Notes: generated from the sequence alone by a model not told the origin. Counted from the stretch's first letter, positions 20,753 through 31,925 are shown. The stretch: DNA of 64,000 nucleotides from a virus (IMGVR_UViG_3300021256_000002:189297-253296); one strand, 5' to 3'. Made by a program: numbers and translations.

Positions 20753-23700
20753 TTACGGATATACCGTATCGATATCATGATTATCGATTATTGCATCATC
20801 ACGAGCGCATTCAACGTCGTAGTGAATGCTAATCAATCTACCATCCTTACGTTCGACTTTCAACTGATCCCAATTGCTGTAATCTTCATACTCTGTATCG
20901 AGCATACTCAGATACATCTCATGAGCATCCACTCTACCGATGATTTCAATATCATCATCTTCAAGCACGAAGCATGGGATAGAGTTCTGCGCATAATCAA
21001 TTGAGATAGATTCGTCCGTCTGTTCAACAATCTCACCTGATGCATCCAAATCGGTTTCATCAGGTTCAACGTCTTCATCGCTGATAGCAAGACATACGTC
21101 AGAAGCATCAATCGAATGATATTCACCATCAATACGGATATCTTCAGGATGAATGCCTGGGTCTTCCATGGTAGCGTAATTCTTATCTACAAGTACCAAG
21201 TCAGTCATGACCATATCGTACTCTTCAGCAGGAATTACCAAAGCAATCTTGTCTTCAAGATGAGTTGGACCAGTACCATCATCAACCATGTCGATAGTAG
21301 TACCATCTTCGAACTCAACTACCATGTCAAGATCAAGCTGCCATGGATTATACTGGCTATTCTTACGCAACCATTCAAGTTCTTCAGGAGTGAGAATTTC
21401 TCTATCAACCCCATCAATATGATGGAAATCACCATCAGGAATGTACTTACGTTCTTCTTCAGAAGCGTCAATCTTATCCTGTGTAGGTTCAAGACCTGGA
21501 TCAGGAATAATATCGAATGCTTCATCAAATACAGGATTATATTTATCCACGTAATATGATTTTTCCTGATAGTCTTTTTCATCGACCTCAATTGATGGGT
21601 CGTATGGATACTGAAGACTATCATAGTCGTGTACCGGTTCAGGAGATACTTTACCTTCAATGGTCCAATCATGATTGAAGTAGAACATGCTTCTGATATT
21701 ACGCACGTACCGTACACGGTCATCAGCATTCAGAAGAGTACGTCCACCTTCAATATTGAAGATATGGGACCAACGACCATAATCGTATCTCTTATCACCA
21801 TTAATATATTTGAATACGAGGTAATTTCGAATCAAATCATACCAACTATCTACGATGTCATCAACATGCTTGAGACTTTCGCTAGTTTCAACTTTAGGAT
21901 AGTTGATATCAATCGCTTCACCAAGTGCACCAGTTTCAACGAGTTCATCCATGATGTACTTGGATTCTTCATCAAATTCAAACTTAACGTATTCATCAAT
22001 CTGATGGCATTTCTCATAGATTTCAACACAGTTGATTGTACCTAAGCGTTTAGCCGCTGTAATCACAAACGAATGTGGAGAAATCTGGTCGATATCGTAC
22101 TTAGTAAGACGATAACCATCAAGATATACGTCATGATATGCTAAACTGAAAGGTCTGGTTAAACGTCCACGTAAATCAACATATCCATTCGGATAAGTAT
22201 ATTCACGATGGAATACCAGTCTTTCATCATAACCTACATAGTTCACCATGAACTGCATTTCGTCGCGTGGACGCATCGGAATGTTGAACTTAGGAACATC
22301 TTGGAAGTTATGAACGTTATATACTCTATAGGAAATCTTCGGTATCAGTCGGCCATCCATATCATAGACACGGAGACGAAGACCAATATCAGGTTTCACA
22401 TGAAGAATACTCTTCTTCTCATTCAAGTTAATCAAACCTTCATATCCGTATTCCCAGTCAATACCAGATTCACGAGACTTGAATTTGATTACCTGATTAC
22501 GACATTTGAGCTGAATCTCTTTACCAATCATAGCAGGATTTACTGCCGTGATACGAAGAGTTTGCTCAGGTAAGAGATTGAATACCGAAATCAACGGATC
22601 AACTTTCACATCACCCAATTCATCGTCAACCACCGTAAGTTCAAAGTCAGGATTCTCGGAATTTCTATTCAGATAATTCCCATCAGAATCTACGAAGAAC
22701 AAAGAGTTCACGATAATCGGATGCTTAGTAAGCTTGCTTACCGGGATTTCAATAGCATCATTCGAAGTCAATGTAAACGTGTGATTGAACTTCACACCAT
22801 CAAAACGTTCAACCTCAATTACAGAATCAGGATTGATTTTAGATGTTGGGAAGTACACGTACTGATATCCATGATATATTGCCGTGTATGTTGGGATAGT
22901 AAACTTACCATCAATGAACCAGTTGAATGACTTTACATCACCCGAGATATCAGTATTCTTATACGAGAAAATATACTGAGGCTGATTGAAGTTTACAAAA
23001 CCATCGGATTCTGGTATCTCAGGAAGAGTACTCGTACGTACTTTCTTATTCAGATTTGAATATGAACTCATCCTATGATACCATCCAGGTAGGAATCCAT
23101 ACGTTCTACGTTGGTATTCTTCATAGAAAAGCATCCAGCGCTTCAGAATACTTTCAATCGTATTCATCTTGTACAGGAATCCATCCCAGAGATTATTGAA
23201 ATTAACATCCTTATACGGAGTTCCTTCGAACATGTCTTGGAAAGAATACTTCCAATCAATTGGTTTATACTCTCTAAGAATTTCAGGAACTCTTGCACCT
23301 TCCCTATAATACTCCAATTCGGTATTATCAAGGTCTGGTCCAGATGTAAAGGATGTATCTGCTAATTCGATAGAGGAATGAGTTATCTGATTTACCAGAT
23401 AAGTTTCATCCATCTCATTTACAAATACAACTGTCTTATTCAGTGAGATATCACTCTCACGATAATCGACATTTGTATCTGTAACCTCAACCGTATCAGT
23501 CTGAGTATCAATCAACTCATAATGACGGTTATTGATAGAATTCTGAAGTTCAGTTTCATAAATCGTATCAACATAGTCAGTCGGGTCAATACTCTCAGTC
23601 TCATACATACGTTTGAGATTGAAGAACCTCAAATACGGCTGAATTTCGTTATCGAAATAAATATGGTCGTTATGAGGTTTCATATCATAGAACGCAACCA

Positions 23701-24688
23701 TACGTAACGTATATCCTTTCGGATTGTTTACGTGGTAAATATTTGGATAGTACTCCTTTAACGAAACGGATAAGTCGTTAGGTACGTACATATCGAAATC
23801 TGCGCTCTTGACGAAAATAGCAATGTCGTCTTTAGGTAACGGCATTTTATCACTATTGAGCTCAAACCACTCTTGGGTTGGATCCAAATCAATCGTCTTG
23901 AATATCAAATCCATACCAATAATCATAATTGAATACTTCGTTACATCCGTCGGCGGTGCGTCAGGAAGCATAAAGTATTTATATTCTTCATTCCACGTGA
24001 TATACGGGATGAAGAAATGATGCTGGTTGGTTTTGTTTATCCAGAACCCAAAGTAGTTGTAACTTGCTTTGAGTTTAGACACTGCAGAAGAAGGGAATCT
24101 ATTAGAGTATAACATATTCCCAGAGAACTGCGATGCATCAAGTTCCACTGCAACCGTATTGATTGCATTAGGAAGAAGCAGGATACGAATATCTGTCACA
24201 ATCCCATCCAGTTTCACATTCGGATCGTCATCCAAATGAGCAAGACGATTGAGGTCTTTGTACCTGAACAGAATCTCGACATTATCAACAGAAACCTTCA
24301 CTCGATAATCGTTGTAAATCTTACCATCTACATATACGAGCAGAGAGTTTCTGAAGTATTTCATGTTTGCAGTCACTTGCTCTGAACTAAGATACTTATT
24401 ATAGATATCCGACCGGATGTACTTATCCTTAGTTCCTGCTGAGAACATTTGATAGTCCTTCAACGTAACAGGATAGCATCTTTCTTTCTTAGGATTCCAT
24501 GCGTTAATAAATTCCCATTTCAGAGGGTCAATAGTGAACCGAAACTCATGATAGTTAACCAAATCACGCTGGATATTGTAGTCGTAGGTAAATGCCCGGA
24601 TTTTCATATCCCGCATAAATTGGTCAAGCATTTTAGGGTTTAATGTACCATTTGAAATCGATTGGGTAATGATCTCTTTGGTAACCAT
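20753..24688 (-). CDS. Large putative virion structural protein
   Basis: 1311 aa, aromatic- and beta-rich with recurring xYxDG motifs, very acidic C-terminus; last gene of a late operon. Confidence 0.65.
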   Translation of the reverse strand: MVTKEIITQSISNGTLNPKMLDQFMRDMKIRAFTYDYNIQRDLVNYHEFRFTIDPLKWEFINAWNPKKERCYPVTLKDYQMFSAGTKDKYIRSDIYNKYLSSEQVTANMKYFRNSLLVYVDGKIYNDYRVKVSVDNVEILFRYKDLNRLAHLDDDPNVKLDGIVTDIRILLLPNAINTVAVELDASQFSGNMLYSNRFPSSAVSKLKASYNYFGFWINKTNQHHFFIPYITWNEEYKYFMLPDAPPTDVTKYSIMIIGMDLIFKTIDLDPTQEWFELNSDKMPLPKDDIAIFVKSADFDMYVPNDLSVSLKEYYPNIYHVNNPKGYTLRMVAFYDMKPHNDHIYFDNEIQPYLRFFNLKRMYETESIDPTDYVDTIYETELQNSINNRHYELIDTQTDTVEVTDTNVDYRESDISLNKTVVFVNEMDETYLVNQITHSSIELADTSFTSGPDLDNTELEYYREGARVPEILREYKPIDWKYSFQDMFEGTPYKDVNFNNLWDGFLYKMNTIESILKRWMLFYEEYQRRTYGFLPGWYHRMSSYSNLNKKVRTSTLPEIPESDGFVNFNQPQYIFSYKNTDISGDVKSFNWFIDGKFTIPTYTAIYHGYQYVYFPTSKINPDSVIEVERFDGVKFNHTFTLTSNDAIEIPVSKLTKHPIIVNSLFFVDSDGNYLNRNSENPDFELTVVDDELGDVKVDPLISVFNLLPEQTLRITAVNPAMIGKEIQLKCRNQVIKFKSRESGIDWEYGYEGLINLNEKKSILHVKPDIGLRLRVYDMDGRLIPKISYRVYNVHNFQDVPKFNIPMRPRDEMQFMVNYVGYDERLVFHREYTYPNGYVDLRGRLTRPFSLAYHDVYLDGYRLTKYDIDQISPHSFVITAAKRLGTINCVEIYEKCHQIDEYVKFEFDEESKYIMDELVETGALGEAIDINYPKVETSESLKHVDDIVDSWYDLIRNYLVFKYINGDKRYDYGRWSHIFNIEGGRTLLNADDRVRYVRNIRSMFYFNHDWTIEGKVSPEPVHDYDSLQYPYDPSIEVDEKDYQEKSYYVDKYNPVFDEAFDIIPDPGLEPTQDKIDASEEERKYIPDGDFHHIDGVDREILTPEELEWLRKNSQYNPWQLDLDMVVEFEDGTTIDMVDDGTGPTHLEDKIALVIPAEEYDMVMTDLVLVDKNYATMEDPGIHPEDIRIDGEYHSIDASDVCLAISDEDVEPDETDLDASGEIVEQTDESISIDYAQNSIPCFVLEDDDIEIIGRVDAHEMYLSMLDTEYEDYSNWDQLKVERKDGRLISIHYDVECARDDAIIDNHDIDTVYP

Positions 24689-24694
24689 TCAGTT

Positions 24695-25702
24695 TCACCT
24701 ACCTTTTGCTCTAAGGCATATCTGACCATACACATCCATACCTGTACGGGCAATAATGTCTTTGAACGCATATTGATTGTTCAAGAAAGCACCATTCACA
24801 GCGCTAAAAATATTGAAAATAAAATAGGACGGATGCTCCAATGCAAGAAGAGCAGCGTTGCCATACATTCCAATGAAATCTTTAAGATAATCACGGACTG
24901 TGATATCATGAAGTCCAGTGGAAATCAGCACTCCCATTGTAGAGAGACACTGAATGAATGTAGCGATATTGTCATACGGATTCTTGCTATCATTTTCTCT
25001 CTTTTCAGATACCCAATGAGCAAGGAATTCCTGATCAATACGCTGGAGAGTGATTCTCTCTACATTTTTACAGAGTTTAGCCGCGTAGTTATTCGTAACT
25101 TCAGTAGCTTTCAACCCAAGTAAGTTAAGCAAATAGAACTTAGCAGCAAGGTAAAGCACTTTCTCAAATGCTTTTTTATCAATATTCAGAGCGAGTTTTT
25201 TGTTCAACAGACGAGTGAACATATGAGCCCAAATACCTGCACTAGAACTCAAGACCTGACCCATTCTCAAGATAGAAGGGTCTTTCTGAAGTGCTCTAGC
25301 AACATATGCTGTTTCTAACAGCGTATAGAATTTCTGAGTATCGATATTGATTTTATCAATAGCCTTATCATGTGATACGTAGTTATCTACTATCGCAACA
25401 GCCTTGATATCATTACCAGCAGGTACAAGAATGAACGGGAAAGTGTTCGGAATCTTGTATTCTGCGGTAATCCCTTTAGGGAAGCATCTAGCTTCAACAA
25501 TACCTTTCTCAAAAGCCTCCAATACATTCGTTTTAAGAACGCCTTTATAGAAGCTCGTGATGGTATTGATTTGCGTTGTAACATCTTCAGTTTTCAACAC
25601 TACACCTTTTGTAAGGAGTGTATGAATATTTTTATCCAGAACTTCATTCTTGTTTATCTGGCTATACAAATAAGTCGATCTTACAGATTTCAGACCATCC
25701 AC
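24695..25702 (-). CDS. Hypothetical late protein
   Basis: 335-aa ORF, GTG start behind GAGGTG. Confidence 0.8.
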   Translation of the reverse strand: MDGLKSVRSTYLYSQINKNEVLDKNIHTLLTKGVVLKTEDVTTQINTITSFYKGVLKTNVLEAFEKGIVEARCFPKGITAEYKIPNTFPFILVPAGNDIKAVAIVDNYVSHDKAIDKINIDTQKFYTLLETAYVARALQKDPSILRMGQVLSSSAGIWAHMFTRLLNKKLALNIDKKAFEKVLYLAAKFYLLNLLGLKATEVTNNYAAKLCKNVERITLQRIDQEFLAHWVSEKRENDSKNPYDNIATFIQCLSTMGVLISTGLHDITVRDYLKDFIGMYGNAALLALEHPSYFIFNIFSAVNGAFLNNQYAFKDIIARTGMDVYGQICLRAKGR

Positions 25703-25717
25703 GAAATGTCACCTCAC

Positions 25718-26209
25718 TTAAACAGCATTAACCCAGCGAATTCCTTCAGCAATGTAATCTGCATCAGGATTGAACACGCAAGCTTCGTAACGCTTAGATA
25801 TGGTTGTACCATCAATCTTCGTAATGGACATAATCACTACGTTAGGCTCTGTAGATACGTTTTCATCTGGGTTAGGGATAAACGTTTTTGAAATATCTTT
25901 GATACTAGGAGTCTTAAATTTAACGTCGGTCCAATGTTCATACTTGTACGGTCTGAGAGCGAATTCAACGACAATCAATTCCACTTTAGGTGGACGAATT
26001 CGTGACGCTTCAACGATAGTATGCTCAGTAATAACGTTGTTAAATGCGTTAATATCACCAAACGCTCGATATGAGAAATTGTTTGACTGAATATCCTGAT
26101 GATGATAGAAAAAATCATTCAGAGCTTCAGCTTCTTTCTCAGTGAATTTGATTCCATACTCAACAAACTGCTGAGTTGCATCATATTTGGCATCTTTCGT
26201 TTCTTTCAT
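25718..26209 (-). CDS. Hypothetical late protein
   Basis: AAGGAG RBS; GACA-N6-TAA at 26249-26237. Confidence 0.8.
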   Translation of the reverse strand: MKETKDAKYDATQQFVEYGIKFTEKEAEALNDFFYHHQDIQSNNFSYRAFGDINAFNNVITEHTIVEASRIRPPKVELIVVEFALRPYKYEHWTDVKFKTPSIKDISKTFIPNPDENVSTEPNVVIMSITKIDGTTISKRYEACVFNPDADYIAEGIRWVNAV

Positions 26210-26293
26210 AATTAGACACTCCTTAACCTAAATACATTACTATTCTGTCAAAAGGAACGTATCTTGGTAGAACTAACCAAGATACGTCTCTAC

Positions 26294-26719
26294 TTACAAA
26301 CCAGCTTCAGCTGCCCATCCACTCAATGCTCTAAACTCTTCATCGGTCATTACTTCTTTTTCATCTTCATTAAGTTCAACCTTGAAGATGATTACCCCAC
26401 GAGCAGTTCTTATATAGAGAAGATTACCCATTGTAGGATCAACCATAAATCCAAAAAGAGGGAATTCTGCTTCTCTATTCAGCATAACAACTTCTTTTCG
26501 AATTTCTTTTGGTTCAACTGAGCAGATGATATCCTTAATCACTTTGGTTTCAGGCAAGCAGTGCTTACCATTCGTAGCCAGCATGAATACAGGGTCTGAC
26601 ATTTTACCGTTTTTATACTTGAAGCGCATTGTGGTCTTCACACCATATACGTCCTTCGGATCGTATTTAGCAATACCTTCGATTGCTGTAAAAAGAGCTT
26701 TCATTTTCTTTCTTTTCAT
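26294..26719 (-). CDS. Hypothetical protein
   Basis: ATG 26719 behind AAAGGAG. Confidence 0.75.
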   Translation of the reverse strand: MKRKKMKALFTAIEGIAKYDPKDVYGVKTTMRFKYKNGKMSDPVFMLATNGKHCLPETKVIKDIICSVEPKEIRKEVVMLNREAEFPLFGFMVDPTMGNLLYIRTARGVIIFKVELNEDEKEVMTDEEFRALSGWAAEAGL

Positions 26720-26724
26720 AGAAA

Positions 26725-26805
26725 TCAATCTCCTTTTATGATAGTTCTAAGTATGCAATAAGAGAATAAAACATACGCAATACCAAATACAATTTTCATC
26801 ATCAC
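26725..26805 (-). CDS. 26-aa single-TM peptide (MMMKIVFGIAYVLFSYCILRTIIKGD), not in the ORF track
   Basis: GAAGGTG RBS; fills the gap between co-oriented genes; hydrophobic core. Confidence 0.5.
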   Translation of the reverse strand: MMMKIVFGIAYVLFSYCILRTIIKGD

Positions 26806-26818
26806 TTTAACATCACCT

Positions 26819-28147
26819 TCATGTGTCTGGATTGAGTTTCTTTTCGTAGCTATTCTCGAGGTCGTTGATACGATTAATTAGAGTCATGATGTAAAGATTG
26901 TTAACGTATATAATGATTCTATACGTTGAGTTATACTCTTTATTATAGATATTAATCTTCTGGTTATCAAGGTCTATTTCATAGTCGTATTTCTGATCTT
27001 TAGCGAATTTGCTTCCTTTAAGAATACCCTTCAATAAGGTACTGTTTTTCATGATATAGAAATTGAAAAGCATTGCATTTGATATCCCATGTTTCTTATG
27101 ATAATCCAGAATATCCTTAAGAGCGGAGTCTTTAAAGATACCAGATATATCAAGTACATCAGGTTTATCCTTAGGAATATCTTTACTCAGCATAAAGATA
27201 TTGGAATAGAAGAGAATGTATCCATCATGGTCAGTTTCTCTAAATATCTGCTGAGGGGTATAGAACGGGATTATCTTTGTTGCTTGGTTAGTATCCATCA
27301 GAAGAGCAGTATTTGCTTTCTGGACAACATCATCTCGCTCAGTTGTAAGAGCGTACATACCCATGGTATTAAATTCACTTGTCATAATGAAGTTAATAAC
27401 TGCTCTATCATATACATCACCATGCTTATTAGGATCATCTCTACTATAATTGGTAAAGATGTATTCCATGGCAATCGGATTGTATATAAAGAATTCTTCT
27501 TTCTGACTAGCATTCTTTTCTTTGAATGTGAAGAGTCGGTTTGAATTTGACGTAAGATAATTCAAGAACTTACGTACCAAACCAGTATCTGGGTCACGAA
27601 TAGGCATACCAGATATTTCAGAAATTGCATTGATGAAAGCCATTGGTACAAGGCATTCTGTTGCAGTATGCTTCTTGTATATCTGATTTTCATTATGTAA
27701 GTTGAGAAGTTTGTTGTAGAGATTAGCCTGTTGATATTCCGTCTCTACGATAATCGAACAGGTCAATTCAACACGAATACGGTTCATGAGATACGAGAGA
27801 GTTACGTCATTCACGTTATCCCGAAATATCTTATGAAACCATCCACCAGTTCGTTCATAATTATATCCTTCAATGTTTCGAGTAAGTCTACTCATTGACA
27901 TGAAGATATCGTTATCACCCATAATCACTCGAGGTTTTACAACCAGTATAGGTTTATTCTTATGAATGAATTTATCAGATTGACGATTCTCTTCAATCAT
28001 GAATTCTCTATACGGCATCTTACTTGTGATATGGATATGCTTAAAAAAATTATCAGGGAACATTCCTTTGAGATATTCAATCATTATAAAGGTAACATTT
28101 CCTGTAGTATGAGCAATTGATGCGTTAGCCATCGCTGTATTAGGCAT
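26819..28147 (-). CDS. Hypothetical protein, possibly structural
   Basis: 442-aa ORF with AGGTAGGTG RBS. Confidence 0.8.
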   Translation of the reverse strand: MPNTAMANASIAHTTGNVTFIMIEYLKGMFPDNFFKHIHITSKMPYREFMIEENRQSDKFIHKNKPILVVKPRVIMGDNDIFMSMSRLTRNIEGYNYERTGGWFHKIFRDNVNDVTLSYLMNRIRVELTCSIIVETEYQQANLYNKLLNLHNENQIYKKHTATECLVPMAFINAISEISGMPIRDPDTGLVRKFLNYLTSNSNRLFTFKEKNASQKEEFFIYNPIAMEYIFTNYSRDDPNKHGDVYDRAVINFIMTSEFNTMGMYALTTERDDVVQKANTALLMDTNQATKIIPFYTPQQIFRETDHDGYILFYSNIFMLSKDIPKDKPDVLDISGIFKDSALKDILDYHKKHGISNAMLFNFYIMKNSTLLKGILKGSKFAKDQKYDYEIDLDNQKINIYNKEYNSTYRIIIYVNNLYIMTLINRINDLENSYEKKLNPDT

Positions 28148-28197
28148 TATTATTCACCTACCTTTATTCTTCTGTATTACGAATAAAACATTAATGT

Positions 28198-28425
28198 AAT
28201 GGGATATTTCGATTTGGTTCCATTGGCGTTCAAAGTATACCTCCTTTTCAATATAGGGGGCGAAGTGGTGGAATTGCTTAACCGTTTCTAATCGGGGCGT
28301 CTTTCTTTCTACTGGTTGGATGATTTGCTCAGACCAGACAGTTTGTTAGGCTTTGTCAGTATTATAGCCCCCATTTATGTATACTATTTGCGATTTGCTT
28401 GGAACCAATTTCCATATCCTATTCA
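28198..28425 (+). ncRNA. Candidate ~225-nt rod-shaped ncRNA
   Basis: AACA-N6-TAA at 28187-28199. Nested end-to-end helices GGATAT/ATATCC, TTGGTTCCA/TGGAACCAA, AGTATAC/GTATACT, GGGGGC/GCCCCC. G-U pairs favour the + strand. Confidence 0.6.
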
Positions 28426-28500
28426 TGACTATTTCTCTTTCTAAATATAATACACAAAAGAAAGCTAGAGCGATTGTGCTCTAGCTTTCTATCCAACTTT

Positions 28501-30925
28501 TTAGATAGTGCAGAAATTGTACAGGCTAATTGTTTCGTCTTTGATGAAACCGAAATCTGAATTAATTAAACCATTATTATGGTCAATCATAAAGCCTGTT
28601 CTTGGGAAGAAGACTTCCTTAAATGCACGTTTAAACTCAGTTGTAATTTCCTTGGTGATATTCAAAGTATCTCCATCAACAGTATCTTCACATAGAGTCG
28701 TTACTTCTATGCAGTTCTCTTATGAACTTCTCCATGTCACCATGGAAGTTGAGACTATATCTTTCTTCCTATATAGGAAGTACCCCATTTCGATTTAAGG
28801 GATTCTCACCCACTCACTTGAGCCCTACTCCTGTAGCCGATTCTAACGGCACCATTTGGATAGTCGTTGAACGTTCCTATTTTCATAAGCTTCGCTGCTG
28901 ATTGTCTCATTTGAGAGTTTCCAGCAATTAAAGGTTTGGTGAATCATAGATTACTCTATGAAACGACCTAATTTAAGTCAGCATTCAGAGATTGTAAACA
29001 CTGAATAGGTAAACTACAACTAAGGTCAGAATAATCATCCTTAACTGAGGCCACGTTCATAGCTAAATATGACCCCATATTGATTGTTGGATTCCGATTG
29101 AGTAAAATCGACGAGTCGAGTTTTTCATGCGTAAGGATATACTGCATGATGCTATATACCTTAGTATCAAATTCTCGATACGCATAATACCATCTCTCAT
29201 ATGCTTGTGAGTATGAATAACCTTCTAATTTAACCAGAAGGTTAACGATATCAGGCTTCCACAACTCACAGAACGCTACATCCTTTATATTCACATAGAT
29301 TCGTTACTTCTATGCCGTTCTCTTATGAACTGCTACATGTCTCCATGTAGAGTAGACTATATCACCAACTCATATAGAGTTGCTCTCTATTTCGAGTTCA
29401 CTTGAACCCTACTCCCATAAAGGGATAGTCGTTGAACATTCCTCCGTAGAGGCTTCGCTGCTGATTGTCTCATATGAGAGTTCCCAGCAATTAAGAGAGT
29501 TTTACATATTATATCACTATAATACGCCGCTAATAACTAACGGTAAGCGTACTTCATATGAACGCAATGACGCATCCGGTACAATAACGCATCTAGCTGC
29601 ATTGTTAATACGACCACCTAAAATCGATCTCCTTATACCTTACATTCACATAGAGTCGTTACTTCTATGCAGTTCTCTTATGAACTTCTGCATGTCATCA
29701 TGCAGAGTAGACTATATCTTCATCCTATTCGATATGAATAGGAGGCTGCTGTTTCGATTTAAGGGGTTTTCACCCGCTCACTTGAGCCCTACTCCTGTTG
29801 ACGAATTTCACGTCCTAAGGGATAGTCGTTGAACGTTCTCTCTTACGAGAGCTTCGCTGCTGATTGTCTCGTTTTGTGATAGCTTGTATCCACGAGATTT
29901 CCCAGCAATTAAGCAACTTTTCCTATACAATTACTCGTATAGGGACCTATAAAGTTAAGCCCTTCGTTTTCATGAATAGACGTAAATACAGAATCGAATA
30001 CCTGGTTAAGATTATTCTGTGCTCTAAAGAGCGTATTGTTAAGTTTTGCAATATTACTGGTTTTGATTTCATGCTCATCATTGATACGACAAACGTTACC
30101 ATATAAGGCGTTGTAACATCTATCTACTTTTCTATATGAGAATTTCTCATTAGAGAAGAATACTTCACGTAATACTGCGGAATAAACCGGAATTTTAGTT
30201 ACGAAGATTTTATTCTTATTCTCCATGATGAGGTCATATTGTGCCTTGCGGTTTTTCTTCTTCCGGTAGAAGAAATCCATAATCTCATCAAATCTTTCGT
30301 GGAATTCTATCATACCAATTCCGGCGAAAGGATTCTTGTTAAGGTCTACATCAGTCGTTCCTCCATAGAAACCATCAAGTTTCATATCTTTATCAAATCC
30401 AATGATTTGAGACAGAATAGAGGTTTTATTTGCTTTACCAAAGAACACATCAAGTTCTTTATAGAGTAATGGTTGAATGATAGAGAATCTTGCATCGTTA
30501 ATCACTATATAAGCAAAGAGCTTGAGGTTCACATCTACGAACTCAACCTTTGTCCCGCAATCAGGGCATCTACGACCTTTGAAAATCTTACCAATCATCT
30601 TACCACAATCGCATGAATATCTGTCGGCGAATGCGTTATCATCGAGCCAATCGGTGCCAAACAACGGAGAATGGATACCATACATTTCTTTAGTTCCTTT
30701 AGCCGATGGTTCAGAACTCTTATCGTTCTTAGGATTCTTCTTAAACGGTTTTGCTCTTACGATGAAACCGAATTTACGTTTCATATCGTTCTCAAAGTCA
30801 GCTTCCCAATCACGAATAACTGGCATAGGACCAATCGTCTCTGCATTGTACAGCTCAGGAACCAATTGCTGTGCAAGTTCGAGTTCTTTCGGCGTTAAGT
30901 TATAATCGATACCTATATTCTTCAC
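28501..30925 (-). CDS. rpoC: Multisubunit RNA polymerase beta-prime N-terminal subunit, four exons (30925-29958, 29637-29540, 29281-28976, 28679-28501; 516 aa spliced)
   Basis: Zn finger CDCG...CPDC. Splicing restores EGLIRRSILGGRINNAARCVIVP, RLPYVAF, NRNPTI and the catalytic NADFDGD. Frame is preserved at all three junctions. Confidence 0.93.
28680..28975 (-). mobile_element. Group I intron 3 of the beta-prime gene (296 nt, no ORF), inside the NADFDGD codons
   Basis: Exon ends GAC-T, intron ends in G, next exon starts TT-GAT-GGA-GAT. Core AATTGCTGGAAAC, AATCAGCAG, TTCAACGACTA, GATATAGTCT. Confidence 0.93.
29282..29539 (-). mobile_element. Group I intron 2 of the beta-prime gene (258 nt, no ORF)
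   Basis: Exon ends CCG-T (pairs with IGS GCGG), terminal G, restores TAT (Tyr); same core motifs. Confidence 0.92.
29638..29957 (-). mobile_element. Group I intron 1 of the beta-prime gene (320 nt, no ORF)
   Basis: Exon ends GGG-CT (IGS GGTCCCT); P10 CTTTATA pairs with the 3' exon TATAAGG; terminal G; same core. Confidence 0.92.
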
Positions 30926-30944
30926 GTTGATATACCTTCCTTTC

Positions 30945-31208
30945 TTATCTGCTAATCAGACTCATGATATACCTCGCATAATTCTCTGGAGTATGTTCAT
31001 CTGATGAGTCAAGATAGCTAAGATCATCTGGACAAACCGTGTCCGAGTATGAAATTGTAATTTTGCTTTCATCTCCTTTCTTAATGCTAAAAACCCGATA
31101 CAATTGTAATGCGCCGGGTTCACCATCTTCCACACAAGCTTTAAATTCAGGGTATGATTTATTAATCACATTAGCTGTCTTGTGTAAGAAGTCTACTAAA
31201 CTTAACAT
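30945..31208 (-). CDS. Hypothetical protein upstream of the beta-prime gene
   Basis: GAGGTG RBS, early promoter at ~31235. Confidence 0.75.
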   Translation of the reverse strand: MLSLVDFLHKTANVINKSYPEFKACVEDGEPGALQLYRVFSIKKGDESKITISYSDTVCPDDLSYLDSSDEHTPENYARYIMSLISR

Positions 31209-31358
31209 TTTTACTTCACCTCGGATTAATAATATATAATTGAATTGTAGGTTAAAAAATTGGGATTCATTGAACTATTCAGGAAATCCAAAACTCTAAA
31301 ATCTCAAATATATATTATATAGGTAGCCGAATAAGAAATACGCATATCTTGAAAGGAT

Positions 31359-31811
31359 GTGATTATTATGCGTATTAACGACATCGACAAACTGCCGAGC
31401 AATCCCAAAGGGGTTGCTATGTTTCTAGCCCTTTACGGGGGCGAAGAGATTACCATTCAGGTTCGTGAGAACCTGATGGTTCTTATCCCGGTGGATGATG
31501 ACCACTGGGATGTCGAGTTCAACGGTGAGTACTTAGGTACACAGGCCGTTGAGCAAGTCGCAAGTGGTATCTGCCAGTTCAAGCGGCAAGTCACCGCCGC
31601 AAACCGGTATCGGGCTTTCCAGCACGCTACCGCACAGCCAACCTGGCAACAGTCGGCTCCGCCACAAGGTGGTTATCCTCGTCTACCGCTCCAGCCGCAG
31701 AGTGGATATTCTCTGCCCCGCCGCACCACCACACCGGAACCTGATATCATTGATATTGGGTCCAGGTTGATTGGGTCGGTCTTCGGCGGCATCCGTCGCG
31801 GATTGTACTGA
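31359..31811 (+). CDS. Early hypothetical protein with P/Q-rich tail (monocistronic cassette)
   Basis: Promoter at 31308; likely start ATG 31368 behind GAAAGGATG; GC-rich; terminator at ~31815-31870. Confidence 0.8.
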   Translation: MIIMRINDIDKLPSNPKGVAMFLALYGGEEITIQVRENLMVLIPVDDDHWDVEFNGEYLGTQAVEQVASGICQFKRQVTAANRYRAFQHATAQPTWQQSAPPQGGYPRLPLQPQSGYSLPRRTTTPEPDIIDIGSRLIGSVFGGIRRGLY

Positions 31812-31925
31812 TTAGAGGAAGGAAGTTGGAGGGCACGGCCGATTCTCCAACTTCTTTCTTTTCTTCTTTTTGTATGAATCATCACAATTTTATAATGATT
31901 AATCGAAAATAAGGGGTGTAAAACT

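Noticed and set aside
28508-29832. + strand ORFs 28508-28798 and 29380-29832, and stand-alone 28968-29294
   Set aside because: They are antisense to introns/exons or are exon fragments of the spliced beta-prime gene.
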